Shown here in pieces: positions 1 through 9,081 of a stretch of DNA of 64,000 nt. Source of the DNA: an uncultured Geobacter sp. (GTDB lineage Bacteria > Desulfobacterota > Desulfuromonadia > Geobacterales > Pseudopelobacteraceae); assembly GCA_964622705.1 (NCBI GenBank), contig CAZUSH010000005.1:11389-75388 (forward strand). The letters run 5' to 3'. A program made the translations under genes and the position numbers. Position 1 is the first letter of the stretch. The number at the start of each line of letters is the position of its first letter. Below the pieces are notes generated by a model. It saw nothing but the letters and a program-made list of their open reading frames with translations, searched no databases and was not told the origin of the DNA.

Positions 1-1
1 C

Positions 2-331
2 GACGATCTCTGGCGTACTCCCTATCCCGGGGCGTTGTTCAATCAGTTTACGGTTGCCGACTACGTGGTCGGCAACATTGAGTACCGCAGGGAACTGCTG
101 TTCTTTCTCTATCTGCACCTGCGGGGCACCCTGGCCTGGATCAACCGGGACTATCAGCGCTCTGAGCGCTTCCGTTTTGAGCAGGACCGTGGAGAGGCCT
201 TTTCGCTGGGGCTTACCAGCGGCATGCCCTGGGACAGTAGCCTCTATCTGGAGTTTTCACGGGATTTCGGTATTCTGCGTAACGGCGCCTCGGGCAGCGG
301 TTTGATGCTGCTCTGGTCAAAGACGTTTTGA
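2..331 (+). CDS. C-terminal fragment of a probable outer-membrane beta-barrel protein (5' end outside window)
   Basis: Frame open from position 2 (DDLWRTPYPGALFNQF...) to TGA at 331; amphipathic beta-strand pattern with terminal Phe (...LMLLWSKTF). Confidence 0.55.
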   Translation, partial: DDLWRTPYPGALFNQFTVADYVVGNIEYRRELLFFLYLHLRGTLAWINRDYQRSERFRFEQDRGEAFSLGLTSGMPWDSSLYLEFSRDFGILRNGASGSGLMLLWSKTF

Positions 332-352
332 TGAAAGGATGTTACCCAAACC

Positions 353-1207
353 ATGCACGATCATGTTGCACGAGCTATGGCGGCCAAAGGCAAGATTCGA
401 GCCGTGGCCTGCGTTACCACTAAACTTGCAAATGATATCAGCTTTCTGCAGGGGGCCTCTCCGGCGGTCACCCTGGCCCTGGGCAGGGCGTTGTCCGGGG
501 TGGCCCTGATGGGCAGCATTCTTAAGCAGGGGCAGCGTCTGGCCATTAAGTTTGAGGGTAACGGCCCGCTGCAGAAGCTGATTGCCGAAGCTGACTGGGA
601 TGGCGCCTTGCGCGCCACGGTGGCGGCGCCGGAGGCCATGGCCGACAGCATCCCGGCCTTGCTGGGACGGGCCGGATTTTTGACGGTAACCAAGGACCTT
701 GGGCTGAAAGAACCGTACAGCGGCATGGTGCAGCTGACCAGCAGTGAGATCGGTGCGGATCTGGCCTACTATCTGACCGATTCCGAGCAGATCCCCTCGG
801 CAGTCGGCTTGGGTGGCAGTCTGGCTGAGGATGGCCAACTGGCGGTCAGCGGCGGATTTTTGATCCAATCGTTGCCCCCCTCCGATGAGGCTGCAGTGGA
901 ACAAATCATGGCAACCATCGCCACCCTGCCGCCGCTCAGCACCCTGCTGAAGGAAGGCAAAAGCCCGCAGGAATTGCTGGAACTGTTGTTGGCCGGGGTG
1001 GACCACCACCCGCTGGAAACCACCGAGCTGTTTTTCCGTTGCGGCTGTTCACGGGAAAAGGTTGAGCGTGCGCTCTTATCATTGGGGAAAAAGGAGCTGG
1101 AGCGGCTGATTGCCGAACAGGGCGAGGCCCAGGTCTGCTGTGAATTCTGCAGGCAGCAGTACCGCTTTGAAAGGAACGAGCTTGAAACGCTCAGTACATC
1201 ATATTAA
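353..1207 (+). CDS. hslO: Hsp33 redox-regulated chaperone
   Basis: 284 aa; DHVARA N-terminus, GxGxL..E motif, C-terminal Zn ligands FRCGCS and CEFC. Confidence 0.95.
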   Translation: MHDHVARAMAAKGKIRAVACVTTKLANDISFLQGASPAVTLALGRALSGVALMGSILKQGQRLAIKFEGNGPLQKLIAEADWDGALRATVAAPEAMADSIPALLGRAGFLTVTKDLGLKEPYSGMVQLTSSEIGADLAYYLTDSEQIPSAVGLGGSLAEDGQLAVSGGFLIQSLPPSDEAAVEQIMATIATLPPLSTLLKEGKSPQELLELLLAGVDHHPLETTELFFRCGCSREKVERALLSLGKKELERLIAEQGEAQVCCEFCRQQYRFERNELETLSTSY

Positions 1208-1211
1208 GTCG

Positions 1212-3671
1212 ATGAAGCCGTCCGGGGCTGGGACAGCAGGTGGCAAGAAGGGGACGACGCAGACAGATAGACCGCTGCGCCAAGCACCATCCGAGCAGGG
1301 CCGGTCGCGCAGCGCGGTTCCGGAACTTTTGGCCCCCTGTGGCTCGCTGGAGGCGTTCTTTGCGGCCATGGAGTCCGGCGCTGATGCGGTCTATGCTGGG
1401 CTGCGGGAGTTTTCCGCCCGGGCCCGGGCCAAGAACTTTACCCTGGGCCAGATGGCCAGGATGCTGGCCTATGCCCACCAGCGCAGGCGCAAGATCTATA
1501 TCACGCTCAACACCTTGGTAAAGGAGCAGGAACTGCCCCAACTGGTGGAAACCCTGGCCGAGCTGGCCCGTCTGCGGGTGGATGGGGTGATTGTGCAGGA
1601 TATGGCGGTGGCCCGATTGGTGCGTCACTTTTTCCCCACCATTCCACTGCACGCCTCCACCCAGATGACCATTCACAACCTGGCGGGCGTGCAGTTACTG
1701 GGGGAACTTGGATTTGAGCGGGCCGTGCTGGCCCGTGAGCTGCAGTTGACCGATATTGCCGCCATTGCCGCCCAAAGCAGCCTTGAACTGGAGATCTTTG
1801 TGCATGGCGCGCTCTGTTTCTGCGTCTCCGGCCAGTGTCACTTCTCTTCGCTTCTGGGGGGGCACAGCGGTAACCGGGGGCGTTGCGCCCAGCCCTGCCG
1901 CCGGCTCTACAGTCACCGCGGCAAGGAGGGCTACTTTTTCTCGCCCAACGATCTCTCGGCCATCGAGCTGGTACCGGAGCTGGTGGCAGCGGGTGTTTCG
2001 TCGCTCAAGATCGAAGGGCGCATGAAGTCGGCCGACTATGTGGCCAAGGTGGTCAAGGCCTACCGTCTGGTGCTGGACAGTGACGAGGCCGGCCGCAAGA
2101 CTGCGCTGGCCACAGCAAAGGAGCTGCTCAAGGACTCCTTTGGCCGTACCCCCACCAGGGGATTTCTGGCCTCGGCCCAGCCGGCAGATATCGCCAATCC
2201 CTGGCTGCGGGGCGGTACAGGGCGCTTTACCGGCGAGGTCAAGCAGGTGCGCGGCAACAGCGTGCTGTTTGAAACCAGAGATCCCCTGCAGATTGGTGAT
2301 CGTCTGCGCCTGCAGCCCAGAAGTGATCAGGCGGGCCAGGCCTGGACCCTGCGGGAGCTGTTCGTGCAGCGGAAAAAGGTGCATGAGTGCAAGTCCGGCG
2401 CGCTGGTTGAGGTGGCCTGTCCCTTTGAGGCCCGGCCCGGTGATGCCTTGTTTAAGGTGGGGGCTGCCGATGCCTTCGGTATGAGCGACGAGGCTGCCAA
2501 CCGCAAGCTGCTGGCAGCGGGCCAGGACAAACTCAACGTTGACCTGCTGGTGTGCTGTAGTCAAGCTGCAGATGGCTGGAACCTTGCCATTACTGCCGGT
2601 CTGGGGAGTGCCCGTTTTGAATACCAGTTCCCGCTTGGTGAATTGGAACCTGCCAGAAACAGCGATATGGAAGGCGTGTTGCGCGCCCGCTTCAGCGAGA
2701 CCGGCGATACCCCTTTTACACTAGGCACCCTGCTTGCGCCGGCCATGCCCGCGCTGTTTATTCCGCCGGCCCGCCTGAAGGAGATTCGGCGCGAGTTGTA
2801 CCGCCTGCTTGAACAGGAAGGGATTGCCCTGGAGCGCAAGCAGCTGGCCGGGGCCAAAACAGCTGCTCTGGCGTCCTTGCAACAAGCGCCTGCAGCTGAC
2901 AGGGCAAGCTCCGAAGAGCTGCTGATCCGCGTGGATGGTCCGGCAGAGGTACGCTGGGCCCTGTCACAAGGGGCTGAACAGGTGCTGGTACCATTGCAGC
3001 GTGCTGCGATTCATGAACTGCCTCGCTACCTGAACCGTTTGAAAGGCGATGCGGAGCGCATTGTTTGGCAGCTGCCGTTTATGCTGTTTGACCAGGAACT
3101 GACGTTTATTGGCGATGCTGTTGCTGCGCTGCATCAGGCCGGGTTCCGCGGCTTTGAGGTGACAAATCCCGGACAGTTCAAGCTGCTGCAGCCGTTCAAG
3201 GACCTGCGTCTCAGCGCCGGATACCGGCTCTTTACCCTGAACAGTCAGGCCCTGGCAATCTGGCAGGGCCTGGGGGTACGGCGTGCAACCCTGTACCTTG
3301 AGGATGATCGGGATAACCTGGCTGCCTTGCTGCAAACTGGTCAGCGCTTGACCGTGACGGTGTATGGTCCGGTGGAGGTCATGGCCACCAGGGTTAGGAT
3401 CAAAGAGGTTACGGGTGGAGCCCCGTTGCAATCGGACCGTGGTGAGCAGTATCGCCTCAGGGGCAGGGACGGCCTGACCGAGATCAGCGCCGTAACGCCG
3501 TTTTCATTGTTGGGACGCCTGACCGAGCTGCGAAAGATGGGATGCCGTTCCTTTTTGCTCGACCTTTCTGAAACTGCACCGACTGAGCGGGGCGAGATTC
3601 TGGCAGCATTTCAGGCAGACCGAACCCTGCCGAACACGACCCTTTTCAACTATGAACGGGGCTTGGCATGA
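1212..3671 (+). CDS. Peptidase U32-family protein (RlhA-like RNA hydroxylase) with long C-terminal region
   Basis: PELLAPCG, GADAVYAG, EIFVHGALCFCVSGQC, NRGRCAQPCR, SLKIEGRMK motifs; ATG 1212 chosen because the ORF-track start overlaps hslO. Confidence 0.9.
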   Translation: MKPSGAGTAGGKKGTTQTDRPLRQAPSEQGRSRSAVPELLAPCGSLEAFFAAMESGADAVYAGLREFSARARAKNFTLGQMARMLAYAHQRRRKIYITLNTLVKEQELPQLVETLAELARLRVDGVIVQDMAVARLVRHFFPTIPLHASTQMTIHNLAGVQLLGELGFERAVLARELQLTDIAAIAAQSSLELEIFVHGALCFCVSGQCHFSSLLGGHSGNRGRCAQPCRRLYSHRGKEGYFFSPNDLSAIELVPELVAAGVSSLKIEGRMKSADYVAKVVKAYRLVLDSDEAGRKTALATAKELLKDSFGRTPTRGFLASAQPADIANPWLRGGTGRFTGEVKQVRGNSVLFETRDPLQIGDRLRLQPRSDQAGQAWTLRELFVQRKKVHECKSGALVEVACPFEARPGDALFKVGAADAFGMSDEAANRKLLAAGQDKLNVDLLVCCSQAADGWNLAITAGLGSARFEYQFPLGELEPARNSDMEGVLRARFSETGDTPFTLGTLLAPAMPALFIPPARLKEIRRELYRLLEQEGIALERKQLAGAKTAALASLQQAPAADRASSEELLIRVDGPAEVRWALSQGAEQVLVPLQRAAIHELPRYLNRLKGDAERIVWQLPFMLFDQELTFIGDAVAALHQAGFRGFEVTNPGQFKLLQPFKDLRLSAGYRLFTLNSQALAIWQGLGVRRATLYLEDDRDNLAALLQTGQRLTVTVYGPVEVMATRVRIKEVTGGAPLQSDRGEQYRLRGRDGLTEISAVTPFSLLGRLTELRKMGCRSFLLDLSETAPTERGEILAAFQADRTLPNTTLFNYERGLA

Positions 3672-4198
3672 TGCGCGTTATGAGGGGCTGGGGACTTTTG
3701 TGCCTGCTGATCCTGCTTTTATGCGGCAGAGACGTGGCTGCTGCCGAGATCGTGCGCGGCATGGTCAAGACCGTCTATGACGGTGATACCCTGGTGTTGG
3801 TGGGCTCCGGTGTTGGCAGGCTGAAGGTCCGTCTCTACGGCATTGATGCGCCGGAAACACGCAAACCGGATGCGCCGGGCCAACCCTACAGCAGTCAATC
3901 AAAGCGGGTGCTGATGTACAAGGTCTTGGGCAGGGAGATCACAGCCGAGCTGATGGATCGTGATCAGTATGGCCGGGCCGTGGCAGTGGTACGGTTAGGG
4001 GGCCGCGACATCAATGCCGAGATGCTGGCCGAGGGGCAGGCCTGGGCTTACCGGCGCTACCTAAACGGCGAGTATGCGGTCAGCTACCCCCGGCTGGAAG
4101 AGCAGGCCCGCCGTCAGCACCGCGGTCTGTGGCGGGACGCCAATCCCCAGCCTCCTTGGGAGTTCAAGCACCCCGGCTCCGGCCGCAAACGGCGTTAA
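3668..4198 (+). CDS. Exported thermonuclease (SNase family)
   Basis: Signal peptide; VYDGDTL, VRLYGIDAPE, DQYGRAVA, GLW motifs; start overlaps upstream stop. Confidence 0.92.
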   Translation: MMRVMRGWGLLCLLILLLCGRDVAAAEIVRGMVKTVYDGDTLVLVGSGVGRLKVRLYGIDAPETRKPDAPGQPYSSQSKRVLMYKVLGREITAELMDRDQYGRAVAVVRLGGRDINAEMLAEGQAWAYRRYLNGEYAVSYPRLEEQARRQHRGLWRDANPQPPWEFKHPGSGRKRR

Positions 4199-5217
4199 TG
4201 GCGCATCTGCTGGGAGAGTGACAGGGCCCGCTTGACTCGGGACACGACCCGCAGTGGTTGGACCGGTTTGGGGATAAAGTCGAAGAAGCCCGCTTCCAGC
4301 GCCTTTTGTTCCTCATCGGTGGAGGCGCGGCCGGTCAGCATGATAACCGGTATCGGCGCGGTAATCGGGTTGGCCTTGATGGCTCGCAACAGGCTATGGC
4401 CATCCATGCGGGGAATCTGGGCGTCGGTGATCACCAGCTGTGGTCGATGGGTCAGGGTCATTTTCAAGGCTTCCAGACCGTCATGGGCCAAAAGCACATG
4501 GAATCCCTCCTTGACCAGGGCCGATTGCACCACCGTGGCCACCGTGGGGGAGTCCTCAACCACTAAAATGGTATCCCCGGCATCGGGATTCAGCGGGGCA
4601 TGCAGGTAGTGGCGGGCTATGGCCTCCAGGATCTCCTTGCGGGTGGCGATTACCGGCACGATCTGCAGGCCGGTGATGCGGGAAATCATCTCGCTGGTCT
4701 CGCTGTCGAACGGATCGGTAATGGCCACGGCCAGCATGGCGTCACGCTGTTTGAGCGGAAACACCAGACGCTTCATGACAAATTCGGTGGGCAGCAGGTT
4801 GAGTAGTTCCGGCGGGTAGCTGCGGCTGCAGAAATCCTGGATGGTTTTGAAGCCGAACTGGTGGCCAAGGGCATCCACCAGTTCATGCTCGGTGATGACG
4901 CCCATCTCCTCCAATACCTGGCCCAGGCGCTTGTTTTCTGCTTTTTGGCGTTCAAGCGCCCGCTCCAGGGTCCTTTCGCTGATCAGTTTTGCCTGGACCA
5001 GGATGTCGCCCAGATGCTTTTTCTGCCCGACATCGGCAAACGGGCTGTGCTGTCGCACCAGCGCCTCCATCAGCTCCGCTTCGGAGACAACTCCCATCTC
5101 TTCCAGGACCTGGCCCAGGCGCTTACCGGTGCCCTGTTGACGTTCCAGGGCCTTTTCCAGTGTTTTTCTGCTAATCAGTTCGGTTTCAACCAGTATGTCG
5201 CCAAGTTGTTTGGCCAT
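4195..5217 (-). CDS. Tandem MshEN (c-di-GMP-binding) / T2SSE_N domain protein with C-terminal receiver domain
   Basis: Four (R/Q/H)LGxxLxxxxxIxxxxLxxALxxQ motifs, GspE-N-like AITDPFD segment, REC (VVED, VITDAQIPRMDG, FIPKP). Confidence 0.85.
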   Translation of the reverse strand: MAKQLGDILVETELISRKTLEKALERQQGTGKRLGQVLEEMGVVSEAELMEALVRQHSPFADVGQKKHLGDILVQAKLISERTLERALERQKAENKRLGQVLEEMGVITEHELVDALGHQFGFKTIQDFCSRSYPPELLNLLPTEFVMKRLVFPLKQRDAMLAVAITDPFDSETSEMISRITGLQIVPVIATRKEILEAIARHYLHAPLNPDAGDTILVVEDSPTVATVVQSALVKEGFHVLLAHDGLEALKMTLTHRPQLVITDAQIPRMDGHSLLRAIKANPITAPIPVIMLTGRASTDEEQKALEAGFFDFIPKPVQPLRVVSRVKRALSLSQQMRH

Positions 5218-5250
5218 GGCACCTCCCGGTGTCTGAGCGAGCAGAGCCGG

Positions 5251-5895
5251 CTATTTGGGAACCTTTTCCCAGTCTTCCAGAAACTTCTTGATGCCGGCAT
5301 CGGTCAGGGGGTGCTTGGACAACTGCACCATGACACTGTACGGGATCGTGGCAACGTCGGCGCCGATCAGGGCTGAGTTCAGGACATGGATCGGGTTGCG
5401 GATGCTGGCAACGATGATCTCGGAGGTGTAGCCGTAGTTGTCGAAGATGGTGCGGATTTCTTCGATAATGCCCATGCCATCCTGGGAGATGTCATCCAGG
5501 CGGCCCACAAAGGGAGAAACGTAGGTTGCGCCGGCCTTGGCGGCCAAAAGCGCCTGCATCGGGGTGAAGATCAGGGTGACGTTGGTCTTGATCCCCTTGG
5601 CGGAGAGTTGCTTGGTGGCCTTCAGGCCTTCCGGTGTCATCGGCAGTTTGATGACGATATTCTTGTGGATCTTGGCCAGGTCCTTGGCCTCTTTGACCAT
5701 CCCTTCCGCATCAAGTGCAATGACCTCGGCGGAGATGGGGCCATCGACAATGGCGGTGATCTCCTTGATGACATCCTTGAATTTGCGGCCGGATTTGGCG
5801 ATCAGCGAGGGGTTGGTGGTGACGCCGTCAACCAGGCCAAGGGCATGTGCCTCGCGAATTTCGGTTACATCGGCTGTGTCGATAAAAAACTTCAT
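5251..5895 (-). CDS. tal: Transaldolase / fructose-6-phosphate aldolase (TalC/Fsa type)
   Basis: [33 protein letters not shown]; ATG at 5895 after GGAG-type RBS. Confidence 0.95.
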   Translation of the reverse strand: MKFFIDTADVTEIREAHALGLVDGVTTNPSLIAKSGRKFKDVIKEITAIVDGPISAEVIALDAEGMVKEAKDLAKIHKNIVIKLPMTPEGLKATKQLSAKGIKTNVTLIFTPMQALLAAKAGATYVSPFVGRLDDISQDGMGIIEEIRTIFDNYGYTSEIIVASIRNPIHVLNSALIGADVATIPYSVMVQLSKHPLTDAGIKKFLEDWEKVPK

Positions 5896-5909
5896 GGAGA
5901 ACCTCCGGT

Positions 5910-6167
5910 TCAGGATTGGGGTGTATGATCGAGCTGTTCGCGAAACTTTTCCAGGCAGCCCATCGAGCAGAAGTAGTGACGTTGCCCGTCCAGCGTACCG
6001 ACAATGGCATCCTCTTTGGCAAGATAGACCTTGCATATGGGGTCCTGCACGGTCTCCTCGCTGGGGTCGCGCTGGGGAGCATTGCCAGTGCCTTTGGGCG
6101 CGGCAAGACCTTTCAGGATGCGAAAACCGATATACAACAGTAAAAGCCAGATAACCAGGCGAATCAT
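5910..6167 (-). CDS. YHS-domain small membrane protein
   Basis: N-terminal TM; [10 protein letters not shown]...[11 protein letters not shown] signature. Confidence 0.85.
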   Translation of the reverse strand: MIRLVIWLLLLYIGFRILKGLAAPKGTGNAPQRDPSEETVQDPICKVYLAKEDAIVGTLDGQRHYFCSMGCLEKFREQLDHTPQS

Positions 6168-6174
6168 GGGTACA

Positions 6175-6669
6175 TTACTCCAGAGCGGTGACCTGCTCGT
6201 TGGAAGTGAGGCTGGTCAACAGTTCGCTGACCGTGCGGCTGCTGCCCGGCGGGCACAGCTCGCCGGCAATGTCTGCCAGAGGGGCCAGTACAAAGCGGCG
6301 TTGCAGCATGCGGGGGTGCGGCAGGGTCAGGGTTGCCGACTGTAGTTCCAGCGTGCCGTAGAGTAGCAGGTCGAGGTCCATCCGCCTCGATTGTGGTTCT
6401 GGTGCAGGGGTGCGGCCAAAACAGTCCTGTTCGATCCGTTGCAGGTGGCTGAACAGTTCCGTTGCCGGCAGGGTAGTGGCAAGCCTGGTCACCCCGTTGT
6501 AAAACGCCGGGGTTCCGCTAGGCATGTTGACCGGCGATGTTTCATAAAAGCGCGATAAGCCGGTTACCCGTGATCCGGGCAGCTTGCCCAGTTCGGCAAC
6601 GGCCCGCAGCAGATTCAGTTCCCGGTCTCCGAGATTTGTGCCTAAAGCGATGTAAGCATCGGTTTCCAC
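6175..6669 (-). CDS. folK: 2-amino-4-hydroxy-6-hydroxymethyldihydropteridine diphosphokinase
   Basis: YIALGTNLGDR, SRFYETSP, RRMDLDLLLYG, LPHPRMLQRRFVL. Confidence 0.95.
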   Translation of the reverse strand: METDAYIALGTNLGDRELNLLRAVAELGKLPGSRVTGLSRFYETSPVNMPSGTPAFYNGVTRLATTLPATELFSHLQRIEQDCFGRTPAPEPQSRRMDLDLLLYGTLELQSATLTLPHPRMLQRRFVLAPLADIAGELCPPGSSRTVSELLTSLTSNEQVTALE

Positions 6670-6675
6670 GGCGCA

Positions 6676-6704
6676 ATTAAATCACACTTGCGCTGGGGCG
6701 TCAA
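6676..6704 (-). promoter_or_regulatory. Putative sigma70 promoter of folK (leaderless transcript)
   Basis: Minus strand TTGACG-17 nt-TTTAAT, ending 6 nt before the GTG start; no SD. Confidence 0.55.
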
Positions 6705-6714
6705 TAAACAGGAC

Positions 6715-6754
6715 AAAAAAAGCCCCCGTCACCAGGAGGGGCGGCAACGAGGGC
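6715..6754 (-). terminator. Rho-independent terminator
   Basis: Minus strand GCCCTCGTTGCC-gcccctcct-GGTGACGGGGGC followed by TTTTTTT. Confidence 0.8.
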
Positions 6755-6790
6755 GATGAAACCCCAGTGGGGTCTCGCAATCTTTTGCGT
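6715..6790 (-). ncRNA. Candidate ~76-nt small RNA with three hairpins and C-rich loop
   Basis: Bounded by TTGCCG-17-TATAGT promoter and an intrinsic terminator; no credible ORF. Confidence 0.55.
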
Positions 6791-6796
6791 AACTAT

Positions 6797-6825
6797 ACTA
6801 TAGCGCCTTAGTGTAAAATCGGCAA
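6797..6825 (-). promoter_or_regulatory. Putative sigma70 promoter for the sRNA candidate
   Basis: -35 TTGCCG (6825-6820), 17-nt spacer, -10 TATAGT (6802-6797). Confidence 0.65.
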
Positions 6826-6866
6826 GCTATTATGTGGTAACAGCGCGTACTTAGGTGCAATAACCT

Positions 6867-7550
6867 TTATTCGCTGGCAGATTGCTCAAGTTTAATATTG
6901 CCGAAACTACACTGTTTTTGCAGGCAACATGCCGGGCAGCGGGGGTGCGGACGACAGACCTGTTTGCCCAGCTCGACCAGCAGGGCGTGATATTCATTGA
7001 ACAGGTCGACATCCAGCGGAAGGTGCTGCATGAACAGCTGCTGCAACCCGTCGTAGCTGATCTGCTCCGGGACCAGTCCCAGTCGGCTGAAGATCCGGCG
7101 GGTGTAGGCATCGACCACAAAGCTCGGTTTGCCCCCGGCGTAGAGCAGGATCGAGTCGGCGGTTTCCGGGCCTATCCCGCGTACCGCCAGCAACTCGTAC
7201 CGTGCTTTTTGCCAGGGGATCTCAAAGAGCTGTTCCAGGCTACCCTGGTGGGACACATTCAGAAAGCGTACAAACGACTGCAGTCGGTCAGCCTTGATGT
7301 TGAAATAGCCTGCCGGCCGGATCAGGGCTGCCAGTTCATGGGGGGGGCATGCGGCTATCCCCGTGATGCTCAGGCAGTCAGCTGCCTTCAGGTTGGCAAT
7401 GGCCTTTTCCACGTTGCCCCAGTTGGTATTCTGGGTCAGGATCGCGCCGACGCAGACCTCAAAGGGGGTCTCACCGGGCCACCAATGGCGGTTGCCGTAG
7501 CAGTCCAGCAGGGTCGCGAAGAGCTGCAGCAGCAGGCTATCGGTTGCCAA
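6867..7550 (-). CDS. Endonuclease III-related HhH-GPD DNA glycosylase
   Basis: GAILTQNTNW, GIGPETADSILLY HhH, CRPHPRCPAC Fe-S motif; TTG start at 7550 is uncertain. Confidence 0.88.
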   Translation of the reverse strand: MATDSLLLQLFATLLDCYGNRHWWPGETPFEVCVGAILTQNTNWGNVEKAIANLKAADCLSITGIAACPPHELAALIRPAGYFNIKADRLQSFVRFLNVSHQGSLEQLFEIPWQKARYELLAVRGIGPETADSILLYAGGKPSFVVDAYTRRIFSRLGLVPEQISYDGLQQLFMQHLPLDVDLFNEYHALLVELGKQVCRPHPRCPACCLQKQCSFGNIKLEQSASE

Positions 7551-8127
7551 CCAATACCCGCATGTTCTGTGGCGACACCTTGTAGCCGCCCGAAACGGTC
7601 GCATACCCCTTGTAGAGGTCGCTGACATCAGTCACCCGCGCCAGGAACCAGGCCCCTTGGCGGCTGGAAGATTTGTCTTCGGGGGCGCGATAAACATCAT
7701 GCTGATTGTTGTCATTGAACATGATCATCAGCGTCCCCAGCTTGATTTCGTCGGGCCGTGCCGGCCGGGTACGCCAGAAATACTTTGTCCAGAGCGAGTT
7801 GCCATCCTTGATCCTGAAAAACTCGGCCTCCCGTTTGCTCTGCTGCGAAGGCGGGGTGGTCATCTTGGCCAGGGTGACCCAGATCCAGGCATTTTCACCC
7901 AGCGGCTGCTCACTGATAAAGAAGTCATCCGCCTGAATGTAGTGGCGATCTTCGCCTGCTGCGGGTGCCTCATGGCGTGGTGCAGGCGGTGCCTGGTCCT
8001 GGGCGGGGGCAACCTGCTCCTGAATCTGTTGCCCGCCGGTCACCAGTTTGTCAACCTCGTCCAAAAAACCTGCGTAGGCCGAACCGGATAACGCAAAGAA
8101 CAACGCTACTGCCAGCACTCTTTTCAT
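7537..8127 (-). CDS. Exported hypothetical protein
   Basis: 196 aa with signal peptide MKRVLAVALFFALSGSAYA; GGAGG RBS; in operon context. Confidence 0.75.
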   Translation of the reverse strand: MKRVLAVALFFALSGSAYAGFLDEVDKLVTGGQQIQEQVAPAQDQAPPAPRHEAPAAGEDRHYIQADDFFISEQPLGENAWIWVTLAKMTTPPSQQSKREAEFFRIKDGNSLWTKYFWRTRPARPDEIKLGTLMIMFNDNNQHDVYRAPEDKSSSRQGAWFLARVTDVSDLYKGYATVSGGYKVSPQNMRVLVGNR

Positions 8128-8214
8128 GCCAAGCCTCCTTGTGCGTGATGCGCGAACAGATACAGCTGTTCAAGCTCTATCTACCAGAAATTTTCCGGCT
8201 GTAAAGCGGCGTAG

Positions 8215-9078
8215 TCACAGTGAGGCAGCAATGCCGGACAGCATCTCGGGATAGCGCAGGGTAATGCCCAGATCACGTAGCATCCGTTGGTTGTCCACCA
8301 CCCGTGACTCCATGAAATAGGTAAACAGCAGTGGCGGCATGACCTTTTGCGCCTCAGCCAGGTCGATCTGGGGCTGCCGTGGTTTTTGCAGGGCATCGGC
8401 GCAGGCGTTGAAGTAGGCGGTCATGCTGGCGGGGTGGCCGTCACTGATGTTGTAGATGCCGTTGCCCCGTGTGAGCGCAGCCAGACAGGCCTGGGCCAGA
8501 TCTTCGACATGAATACGGTTGGACGGCTTGGCCAGATCCTCGCGCAAAAGCGGCTGTCCCTGGTTGATCTGCATCAGGGGCAGTCTGCCCTTGCCGTAGA
8601 TGGCCGACACCCGCAGGATGACCACCGCAATGGCGTGTCTTTCGCCAAAGGACTGAAAAAGCTGCTCGGCATCCAGGCGGCGCTTGCCCATGGCAGACGA
8701 GGGAACAGTCGGGCTCGTTTCCGTGACGAGCTGACCGCCGGTATCGCCATAGACGCTGGTGGCGCTCAGATATGCGATCCGGGACGGGATGGTCTGATCA
8801 CGCTCCAGCGCAGCGCAAAAGTTGCGGGCGCGCAGGTCGATACTGCCTCCTCCCTGCGGTGGAACGCTGTATAGCAGCAAGCGGTCACTGACCGGCAGAC
8901 GCGGGATCTCGTCCAGTTGGTCCATACTGCAGAGGCAGGTGCTTGCCCCTGCCTGCGTCAATGGCGCGGCCTTTGCCTCATCACGCAGGTGTACCGCGAC
9001 ATCCCAGCCGGCGCGCAGTGCCTGATCTGCCACCAGGCTGCCGGTATAGCCGCAACCGGCAATAAACAGTTTCGGCAT
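8215..9078 (-). CDS. NAD-dependent epimerase/dehydratase (atypical SDR, YeeZ-like)
   Basis: IAGCGYTG Rossmann motif, YLSATSVYGD, LRVSAIYG, NRIHVEDL. Confidence 0.9.
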   Translation of the reverse strand: MPKLFIAGCGYTGSLVADQALRAGWDVAVHLRDEAKAAPLTQAGASTCLCSMDQLDEIPRLPVSDRLLLYSVPPQGGGSIDLRARNFCAALERDQTIPSRIAYLSATSVYGDTGGQLVTETSPTVPSSAMGKRRLDAEQLFQSFGERHAIAVVILRVSAIYGKGRLPLMQINQGQPLLREDLAKPSNRIHVEDLAQACLAALTRGNGIYNISDGHPASMTAYFNACADALQKPRQPQIDLAEAQKVMPPLLFTYFMESRVVDNQRMLRDLGITLRYPEMLSGIAASL

Positions 9079-9081
9079 CGG

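Noticed and set aside
1110-1211. ORF-track N-terminal extension of the U32 protein
   Set aside because: Overlaps the hslO 3' end; ATG 1212 is more plausible
6756-6803. Plus-strand micro-ORF MKPQWGLAIFCVTIL
   Set aside because: 15 codons; the region is better explained by minus-strand promoter and hairpins. A toxin/antisense pair cannot be fully excluded but is unsupported
6670-6866. 6S RNA, or THF/ZTP riboswitch upstream of folK
   Set aside because: Too short for 6S with no central-bubble rod; no THF or ZTP consensus recognised; folK has its own downstream promoter
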